A DNA stretch of 63,382 nucleotides, filler included, from Choristocarpus tenellus KU-1152 (taxonomy: Eukaryota; Protista; Phaeophyceae), in the NCBI GenBank assembly GCA_964200185.2. It is 11 parts of 11 records of this genome, joined end to end, with 100 filler letters (N's around TTAATTAATTAA, not from the genome) between each part and the next. Parts side by side here need not be neighbours in the genome. Positions count along the whole stretch, not along the records: positions 21,717 to 30,425 come from CAXNAD020004421.1; positions 30,526 to 35,640 come from CAXNAD020011824.1; 9 more parts are not named here. One strand, 5' to 3'. Below the pieces are notes generated by a model. The model saw only the letters and a list, made by a program, of their open reading frames with translations, did not search any database and was not told the origin of the DNA. A program made the position numbers and the translations under genes. This document shows positions 24,828 through 35,185 of the stretch, one piece after another (within the stretch, counting starts at the first letter, position 1; each line of letters starts with the position of its first letter).

Positions 24828-25349
24828 ATAGGTGGAGTGGATGGCATTATACGTGGATACAGCTTATGCATAGGGGATTTAATATGTATGGGAAGGCCTT
24901 CCCAGTGGTCGAGGCCAAGCAAAACACCCTTGTCTGCTTGCCGACTCGTCCCTTGACATCTTTGACCTCACGACTTTTTGCTTTTATTTTAATCAGCTAG
25001 TATTATGTAGGTAGAATGGATATCTTGATACACTCCCTACTCGCCCTGGACGAGGCTTAGTTCTCATATAGATTGGGTGGCGTACAAAGTTTGAGATCGT
25101 GGGATGTCACGACTGTGGAGGATCACCAGTGCAAAGTCGACCAAGTCACATTTGACAAGGTTCAAAAACCTCATGAAATTGTCAAAGCGGGTGTCTATTG
25201 AGATGCCTAGGGCAAAGGGCCCCCGCCATTTGAGCGTCTCCCTCATCCTGTCGTTGCCCGTCAGTCCCAATTCTTTGGTCCAGAAGTCTGTCCAGGGTCC
25301 ATACTTAAACACCCCAACGAAGAACAGCGTGACGGTGTGATACCTGGAG

Positions 25350-26520
25350 GTGAGAGGGTGCGAAAATCGGATGCCTTGGGGGACAGCGGTGGCCATCGCG
25401 GAGGACTTTGGACTTTCCCGAATCACGGTGTTCCATCATCTGAAGGAGTATGACAGCCAGATCACACCGGGTGAATGCGTGGACCTTGTACGACATTGCA
25501 AGGGGCGATGTGGCCACTGTACAAGTATCCTCGACATTTTGGATATTCCATCGGTACACCACACATCCTTTTGCAAATGGGCAGCCAAGGCTGAGGTCTC
25601 ATTTGCCTTGTCATGGGATCTGTGCAAGCGTGGGAAGGTGGAGGTCAAGTAGTGGATTAAGCCAGTCCTCTCAGACAAGCAGAAAGTCAACGCGGTGGGT
25701 TTTGTCATCAGCCACATACACGGGAGGGGGAGAAGTGGGTATTAGTGGACGATCTATATGACTGGGTGCATGTGGACGAGAAGTAGTTTTACATCCTTAA
25801 AGATGGGCAACTCACTGATGACCCTCCCAAACCCCCCAGGTACAGAATAAGTTTTACATTACGAAGGTGATGTTCCTTGCAGCTGTGGCTTGCCCTAGGA
25901 AGCTCTCCAACAGGGTGTGTTTGTGGGAAAATCGGGATCTGGCCAATCTTGGACGCGAAGGTCCCTCAGTACTCCAGCAAAAACACAGCCCTAAGGGCAC
26001 CAAGGTGCTTGTGCCAGCCATGGTGGACAGGGAGAGGTATAAGAAGCTCACGGTCAAAGATGTCATCCTGGCAATCAAGGCCGACATGCCTAGGCTAGAA
26101 GGACACACCATCTTCATGCAGGAGAACAGGGCAAAGCCACACACCAAGGGGGGGATCATGGAGGCAATTAAGGAGGCAGCAGGGGACAGCATTGCCATAG
26201 AGACCCAGCCAACCAAATCACCTGACCTTAATATCAACGACCTGGGATTCTTTCATTTGATCCAGCAACTCAAGGAAGACCTGCGGGTGACCAAAACAGA
26301 GGAGCTGGTGGAGGTCAAAATGGAGGCGTTCAACATGTATCCTGGAGACACTAGAGAGCATCTGGCAGAGCCTCTTCACAGTTTACAGTGAAGTGCTGGG
26401 ATCCAAGGGTGACAAGGTCTTCAAAATTCCTCATCTTAGCAAGGAACGACGGAGAAGGCGAGCAAGCTCCCCCCAAATGCCTCGGTGGATGCAGCAAGAT
26501 ACCGTGCTGGAATTGGAGTT
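25350..26520 (+). pseudogene. Tc1/mariner transposase pseudogene (plant/oomycete mariner-type motifs)
   Basis: HTH-like AIAEDFGLSRITV; WIKPVLSDKQK; DWVHVDEK*FY; KVMFLAAVACPR; IFMQENRAKPH; QPTKSPDLNINDLGFF; premature stops and frameshifts. Confidence 0.9.
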
Positions 26521-29500
26521 TTGGAGGGCTTCGGGGGCATAATCATGGATAGGGTAGGCTCTTAAACATAGGCTAGTCGTCTTTTATGTCATTGATATGA
26601 TATAGTATTACCAGTTCATACTGACTGTTGATTTGCACATTGGTACTGGTCGTTAGTCATGTTTACATCATTGGCACCTCATCATAGCATCACCAATTAT
26701 TGTTAGAACCCATGGTGCATAGCATGTATGGCACGGTCAACTTCTATCAAACATAAAAGTATAGTATGTGCCATATGAGTTGTCCCAGATATTGATTCAA
26801 GTTTTTTTCTTTGTTTTTGATCTTCACATCAGAACCATCAGCTGTATCTCATATCTTAATTATCCTTTTTCTCTGGTTGGCCTTACCCCCACTTAGACCT
26901 TGAGTTCACTCTGCCACTATGTGTACCTGACACACAACTGGGTGCAATATATTCAGAGTTAAGAAATCTACAAAATCTCTTCTTCAGAAGGTGACAAGCC
27001 TCTACACAGAGCATGAATCTCTTCCTTTGAATGTACCAAGGAGCACCCAACATCACCACACCAAATAACCTCTGACTGTGCAAAGCATGTCAAAAGGTTT
27101 GTCAGCATGACTTCACCGGTGCTTCATTGCACTGTGACACCCCTTCACCACAACTAAACTGTCACCGTCGAAGAGCATGATTCATTCAATCACAGGTTCC
27201 AGGAGGTTATGAGTCTCACACGATTCTAGACTGCCCCATTTTCCCGGAGATTTTGATGGGCAGCCTTTATTGTCCGCACAATACGCCTATAAAATATGAA
27301 CATGTGAAAAAAAAAGTCTTACTCCTTCATTGGGGCTCCAAACGTTATGTTAGATTTAATTCCGAACGGAGGAAGTACTAGATACGGAGCATGTGGTTGT
27401 GGGGGGTGGTCGGAGGGTACAGGTTTTGGAATGAAAGGAGAAAATTAATGAAGGCACAATTGCCTATCACAGAGTATGATACAATCTAGACTACAATAGA
27501 TACCATTATGCGTACCTCTATTTAGGTAAGACTTCACAATACGAAGGATGGAATTGACCAGAGTCTCTGGAATATATCTTGACTTTCGAGGCTATTCCGA
27601 GTCAAAGTAAACGAGAGGTACCCAGAGTTGCATTTAAGGAAGCTGACACGTATAGTCAAACTTAGAACTTCATTCGTAGATATATGGGCGAATTGCAAAA
27701 GATTGAAAAACAGACTTGAAATGCGAAACATCCAAAACTTGGGTACCTCCCGTTTAGTTTGGCTCTTCACCTTTATAAGGATTCTATGTTCTAGAAGGGT
27801 AAATTATCATGTGATTTGTTCTGGATTTTGTACTCTGCGACAACATGATGAGGAGTTACGTATTGATAATACATCAAAGAATAGAGCTCATTAGTTACTA
27901 CTACTAACTATAATTGATCCTGTGTAGGAAGGCCTTTTTTGTTGTAAACAACACAACACCAAGAGCGGATGGAGCTGTAGAAAGGAGCTTTCATATCACA
28001 AGACCGGTATATCTTTCTTCTGTAGAAGTGAGAGCTCACTATGTACTTCTTACGTGCTTTCTCTCCCATGGGTTACACTGCCGAGTAAACAAAATAACGG
28101 TAAGCACAAAAAAAAAAATGCGCTACTTAGTTTAAATTGTCTAGTGAAGTATCACAAATAGATGGTCAATAATTCCTGATGCAAGCACGATCATTGCAAA
28201 AAAAGATGTCAACTTGATGGACTTGATAGGATATGAAATCTTGAAAAAACAACCCCATCAGCCAACCAGGTTGTTAATGCTTTGTCGTTTATGTACACAT
28301 AGTACACCACTAATATTAGTAGTAAAAAAATGGCGTTGAGACCAGCGTATCATACCTGTTGTAGTCTGCTTGTTTGCCTGATTACCGGCCTTCCCTAAGG
28401 CCATGGAGTTGTGGTTGCCCTATTTCATCCCCCTATTCAAACCCTGGGGTCACTGGATTGCCCCTACTCAGGGGTCAAGGGATTGCTCTTATTCAGTCAG
28501 ACACGGAGCAAGGGGTTATTCTATCAACGGGGACTAGGTGTAAGGGCTACACAGGGTTACTTTGTCCCTGTACACCGGGCAAGGGTCAGGGATGTAAACG
28601 ATATCTGGTGTTGCAGTGTTGATGGGGTTCGATCTCATGGCGTCACAAATATTTACTGCCAATTCCGCGAATCTTATTATTCTGTCCCACCATGGTTCAC
28701 TCTCAAGCAAGGGTGGTGAAGAGAATCACCAGGTAAGACAGAAACAAACCAAGACGAACCATAATTGAGAGGGCGGGCTCAAGGTTGGACAAGTTCAAGA
28801 ACGAGGAAGTGGCGAGGATCGTGGTTCGGAGGGGGTTCAGAAAAGAAACCCCTCAGAGATGGGAGATCCGCCTTTAGAAGACGTGCACATGAAGAGACAT
28901 CACGGGAAGTCAGGGAAACCTATTCTTCCGAAGATTCTCCACCCAACTGAAGATCTCAGAAAAGAACCTCAGTCGGAATGTTGATGAATGACATATGGTA
29001 ATAACGGTAAGACAACAGACAACCCTGCTTTCAACATCACCCCCCCTTCTGATGGGCCTCAAAGTCATGTAAGCATGATTCGGGGTCAACCAAAAAGCGA
29101 GGTCTGGGAGCAAAATGGTAAACAGTTGTGACTGATAGTATGCCATTGCACCATTGCATTACCCAACATCATTTGTATAAGATGAAGTGTAAGATGTGAA
29201 CGTGGCAATAATGATTATCTGATCAGGGTATCATTAACTAAAAGTTGATGGTACGTGGTCAGCATCCATTCAAGCTTCACGACGTCTGAGTGTATGGGAT
29301 CAGCATATCATTCAGCCTAAATACGAGTGAGGTTGATGGGATGTGGTCAGCACCGCATTATCAAGCTCACGGTCAAGGTCTGAGGGCATGGGGCCAGCAA
29401 ATTAATCTCCTGTACAGAGGATAGTGAAGAATGGGGATACGACGAGTAAACGCATTACTGAAACCTAGATACGCATTATTAGTAAAACATACAATACCTA

Positions 29501-30199
29501 CTATACAAATACAAATATTGTTCGAATAAATTTTGGGGAGAGGTAAATGTGTACTATAGTAATAATAATGGACGTAGATCGTGGGGTTGACTCTATCATT
29601 CTAATTAGGGTTTTGGTTTTGTCGGCGGTATGGTATGACCTAAGCATGAAACTGGTGGTGGTGGTAAATACCGAATTCACTCTACCATCTGAGGCAATTG
29701 TGTAACGTTCCACCTCTCCATCTCCAATTTCTTACTCAGCGAAATTGGAGGATTTCTGGTTTATTGGTTGGTGCCCTACTGGACTTGCATCCTTTTTCTA
29801 TTCAATACATTGATAGGCTACTATCGTCATTGTCGACCATGGGAAAAATAGGTCCAACCATAACTGTACTGTCAAAAACTTCAACCGTAGACAGGAACAT
29901 ACCAGTAGGTCGAGTGAACACCACAACCGTAACTGTGCTGCAAGTATCAAAACCTACAATAGAACTTCCCTCCGCGAACGTTTCTTACCTTGGCAAATAC
30001 AACAATGGTCGTTATGACTATGCCAACATATTATGTCGTGGTTTCATGTACAGCTATATACAGTTGGGCCTTCAAACAACAGTTAGTTTTCATTTGTTTC
30101 CCCCTGACACATCTCCAAAATGTCAGAGGGCATAATAATAAAATAGTTATAGACCGACCTACAGTGAAAGTGCAACCACGTACGACTCCTGGAGATATT

Positions 30200-30371
30200 G
30201 ACTCGTAATATCTGGGGGGGGTGGCGGCTGTCCATTTGGGACCAATTTTTTCATGTCGCGATTTTGGGTGATATGGTCCCATACGTTGGTAATGAAAGTG
30301 CAATTTTCCTGCTTTTGGTTCAAATGGACACTTTGGTGTAGACCCCCCCCCCCCTCCAGATACTTTGGGTC
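30200..30371 (+). mobile_element. MITE family B, full copy (172 bp)
   Basis: gactcgtaatatct-polyG-tggcggctgtccatttggg...caaatggacac...polyC-AGATACTTTGGGTC. Confidence 0.85.
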
Positions 30372-30879
30372 ATTTGTAGACATTTCAGCCAAGGAAAAGA
30401 GATTGTCTAAAGCAAATAGAGATAGNNNNNNNNNNNNNNNNNNNNNNNNNNNNNNNNNNNNNNNNNNNNTTAATTAATTAANNNNNNNNNNNNNNNNNNN
30501 NNNNNNNNNNNNNNNNNNNNNNNNNCCATAGGTAGCATGCAGGCTGCTTGAATGCATTGTCATGGTAATGTGTGGGGGGGGGACAGGGGGCATGAGGACA
30601 ATCCTTGGGCATCCAACATGGCTATGAAGGATGAGTTCAGCAAGTACTCATCCATGTTTGTTTGTCTCTCCTTCCATTGGTGGAGAGCATAAATATACTT
30701 CAAGAATAAGCACAAAAAATGCCCCTCTGTTTCCACTTATACCAAGAGATACTGGCAGTCCAATTCAAGCGGTCATTCTCACAGAATGTGAAACATTCTA
30801 TACAAGCATATGCACAGTACAGCACTTGACCCTACATACCTAAGGTGGGTTCCTTGGTCAAGATAAGCAAGTCCTGCCA

Positions 30880-32150
30880 CCTCAGCCATCCGCTGCACAG
30901 CCACCAGACGACCCGGTGATGTGTCATGGACCCAACGAATCTGTCAAGGTTGATTGATGCAGGAAGGTATAATAAACTTCAAGCTTTGAAGGTGTGACTG
31001 GTGTATGGTGGAAATAGCTATCCATTGTTTTATCACATGATACATATATGCATATGCTGGGATACAAGATCAGCACATCATGGAATGTATTGCAAAAAAT
31101 TTGAGTGAAATATAGACTTCAGTAATGCACACTGCATGAGTTGCAACTAGTCGTCTTTGTTGTGTCTTACAAAAATATTGCTAATGAAATCAACACATGT
31201 AGTTCTCTTCCAAAACTCTGTTGCATTTGCAATATGTTACTAATCCTGGGCTCAAGAGATGTACTGACCAATGCACCACAATTACAGGATGCACCTCAAA
31301 AGCGTCCTCTCTGCCCAGGAGTTGGCCCCCAACCTCACGTGCTGCATTATCCACAACTTCCATGACAAAGCAGTCAAGAGGGTGCTTTCCCCATTCACTC
31401 TTGGATCCCATGTGGCCACGGTGTCCCCCTTCAGAAGATATGACTGGTTGAATGTTGGACAAACATCCCAAGAAGAACAAAGGTTGAAAGGAGCTGGTTC
31501 AAGCTTTGATATCAAAGGAACAAACTTCAGCAAAAAGATGGTAGATAGTTCTGGTACAAGAGTCGTAAATTGATCAACAGTAACAACTTGAGCACACTTC
31601 CAATAATGATTTATTCACAACCATAAGTAAATAGCATTATCCAACATGAGGCGTAGAGCTCTACCTGTCTGATAATTGCTCAGTACAACCTTAGTGGTGC
31701 TCATCCCATTCACTCAATGCGTGTCCTGTTTGTAAGATTAACAGAGCTTGAAATACAGATGAGTACAGTATCCTCAAGTTGCAGCACAATAACTCTTGAG
31801 CTGGCTAGCAAGCACTTTAGGAAACCAAGGACTCACAAGTAGTACCGGCCCCTGCGCTCGCAAATTGACTTGCATTGTGGTCAAGTACTGCTTTATCATA
31901 ATATCACTAAACGACTCATGGCTTTAAAGGGGTACTATGAACTTATCTCCCATCCGTCATACCTCACGAAAGAAGTGCAATCAAGATATGACTTGCCCAG
32001 TACTGGGAAGAACTAGGTGAGACAAAGGGGTACTACCTATGGTTGTGAGTTGGAACTGTATGGTGTTGGAAGAGAGAGGACAGCGGTACTGTCCTAAAGT
32101 GAAACACAAAACCATCAAATGAGAACTTCTCCAATGGTAGAAAACTCATG
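30880..32150 (-). mobile_element. Decayed Ty1/Copia RT-RNase H relic, downstream of MMACHC-like exon 3 (probably intronic)
   Basis: QSYLLKG, GANSWAERT (GAISWxSK-like), KTMDSYFHH...LEVYY...LTDSLG (KHID..YH / ADxLTK-like). Confidence 0.5.
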
Positions 32151-32236
32151 TGGCCTACTTTGTGTCATGCTGAACTCTGGGTACGGTACAGCGCAGCATC
32201 AGCAATCATTTTATCTTTTTGGATTCAAAATCTAAC

Positions 32237-32925
32237 CTTATATGTAAAGTCATTAGTTAACCTGCCTTGATCGTCTTTATACAAAGGACGCCAGCGCCTC
32301 CTCCTCAGACATGCAAGAAATGGCTCCCAGAGGGCGGCAGTATTGCCGACCAGGATGGCGAGGGCATCATCACCCAGGCTATTGGAAACAGGATGGCAGA
32401 GTGGATTGAAAGGAAACCAATTCGTAAGGAAGGCTTTGGAAATTGGGGGCAGACGCCCTACGCGTGTCATGGGGAACAAACTCACTGCAGACAACATGGA
32501 GTGCAATGAGATGGTGGAAGAGAGATCAGGCAATGTGGTTGCGTCCAGGTGAAACATACATATGTATGTATATATATGCATGTATACGCACACACGCTTG
32601 CCTGCCGGTAGACAGGTGGAGCTCCTGCGGCACGACCTCGTTGTAATGTCTCACCTGTAACACAACACATTGAGACACAGTACCGTAAAGCACTACAACT
32701 ACAACCACAGCACTGCCATGTCGCGCGTCAGTCCTCCAGTGAAGGCAAAACGTAAATCACTAAGCTCGTGAAAACGGAGAACTTTACCTTAACACATGCT
32801 ACCAGATCAAGGCCATGTGGAAGGAGTTTAGTGACAAGAGCTTTTGTCAAGACCGTGTATGTCATAATGTTTCCTTGAAGGCTTTCGACCTTCCCTACTT
32901 TTTCCATTGAATTTATGTTATGCAT
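32237..32925 (-). CDS. MMACHC: MMACHC/CblC-like cobalamin-processing protein, first three exons; 3' part missing
   Basis: Exons 32925(or 32907)-32788, 32654-32602 (GC donor) and 32378-32237 splice in frame to ...LLPHGLDLVACVK|VRHYNEVVPQELHLSTGS|LGDDALAILVGNTAALWEPFLACL..., matching the CblC pattern GFxxxPFxVxWYN...LAxLVGNTxALWxxF. Confidence 0.75.
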
Positions 32926-34925
32926 TTACGACACCCATCACAGGAACACTTTGCAACCGCTTTAGTCCTCCAGGATCTCAAACCGGGTAGGTTCGTTGAG
33001 AGTGGTGTTATGTGTAGTGTTGGAGTGATTGTGTAGTAGTACTGTTGTATCTTACTATTAATAGGGTTGTTAGTAGGCTTGGAGCTTCTCGCTCGCGGTT
33101 TGAAACGCGGTTAGAGATTCTCTATGTCAACCAACGATCCATTTACTTTCCTCACTAATTCGCCAAATATTAATTGCCCTTGTCTTAGCATTCCATACAT
33201 TCTACTACTCCTCCACCATTGTAACACCACTGGTAACCAACCAGCGCGACCAATCATCGCCACTGATTTCCAGTCACCATAAAGTAATCTGAGTTTGTGG
33301 GCGCGAGAATTCGTCTTACATACGGCAAGCTGAGTATTATTGGTAGAGGTAAATAGAAAATAACTGGAGGGTGAACAAAAAGTTAAGGATTGGGTAGGTA
33401 GGAGGCACAAGAGGTAGGAGAGAAGTTACAAAAATTAATGGTAGATGGAGGCGTGAGGTAGGAAGGAACGGAGCGAACTAAAGGCAAAGCTAATTGTGAT
33501 GTGCAGGACAAGCAGGGCAAGACCAAAGCCACCCCCAAGCAATCTTTCCCACCCACTCACCGTTTCGATTGCTCACGACCGAGTGGGATGCTGGGGAAGG
33601 GAGGGATAGGTCAAATTCAGTCGGGGTAGATGTCTTCTAGTTCAAAGGCAGGGGATTGAAGTGGATAATGGAGGGGAGCTCTTGGAGAAATGTGCGGGGT
33701 TCTGGAGTGTTGTTGAGTGGTGTGTGTGATGTAGTGGGAAGGTGTGGAAACGTTGTGGAGGAAGGTAGATGGATTCGTGGTAATTTGTTTTTTTGGTTGG
33801 TGACTGGAAACTGGTGGCGAAGATTGTTCGCAGTGGTTGGTCATCGAATATGGCTGGCATCCCGTTTATTTAGATTTTTTAAATCTATTGTGTCTATATT
33901 CCATCCTCCTAGTATGTGTATGTTAGGAGAGCGATTTGTACGTACAAAAGAGCATGGGGGGGCAATTCACAAAGACATGTCTTGCCAATTGGTTCATACA
34001 CTTTGAAGCTTCAAAATTATAGTATCGTGTACTCGGTTTGCAGCATGTCCCACAACATTTATGTTCTGAGGTAAGCATCTACCTTGAGTAACCACCTCCA
34101 GCACACCATCGTATCCTATTATATACAGTTAACATCAACACGGGTTGTCCTGCCATCCAGACAGGTTCATTCATGTTGACCACACGTTTTCCGCTTCTGA
34201 AGTTCAAAATACAGAGATGAGTGATGAGGGGAAAAAAGCAAGAAGTAAAAGTAGGAGATACGATGTGCTGAGTGGTCATTGTTATATGTATGCCCTTCAA
34301 GTTAACCTAAAACTCGATGCACTCAACACCATTAGGGTTAGCAGTGTACTAGTCAACTTTCAGTGAAGAACATGATCTCGAGGGTGTCCTGGCAATGATC
34401 TGGCCCATTATGATAATCAGTACATATACAATAGTGACATCATCATTCATGAAGAAGAGGATTGCAAATATATATAATTACTGTGGCCCTTCTTGTATTG
34501 TTACTGTTGACCGAAGAACGAGTAGGTAGTAGTAGGGCGGGGAGATACACCAATATGCTAAGAACGGTATCAGCTAGAGCATGCACAGCACCACGGTTTG
34601 GCAGCCCTTAGCGTAGGCTGGAGAGGATTGCAGTACAGCAGGTAGTTTCATCCAAAGTTCTTCTGTAGGGAAAACACAAGGTGATGTGGATGGTGGAGAG
34701 GGAAAGGGGGGATCCCACACACAACATTGGTCCTAATACAATATCCCGTTAGAACGGCGTAGAGAAATCTTCAAATGATGAAAATTACACCTGAGACTCG
34801 CAATGGTTGCAAACCATTCCTGAGTGACAAGGGTGGGGCAGAGGACAGAGACTAGGGGGCAATCATAAAATAGAACAATTATTGAGGGGAGGAGTTTGTC
34901 GAAGGGGTGGGGCAGGGTCACAGGT

Positions 34926-35185
34926 TAGTCAAATTATCTCAGAGGGTACAGCCGCGTCCAGTTGGGGGTCAAAATCCAATGTTGAGGTTTTGATGTAATT
35001 TTGGATTTCTTGTTAGGAAGTGCCAATATCCTTGTTCCGGACATACACATGATACCTACTTCCGTATACATTTTACCTGCTCCGAAATGTTTCGGAGTAG
35101 GTAAAAGTAATAAACAAAACGTGGGAAGCCAAGCCCCACACGGACAAACAGGGCAAAACACGTACCCTTTAAAATACTTTCACTC
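34926..35185 (+). mobile_element. MITE family A copy 4
   Basis: TAGTCAAATTATCTCAGAGGGTA...TACCCTTTAAAATACTTTCACTC; perfect 4-bp TSD AGGT. Confidence 0.85.
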
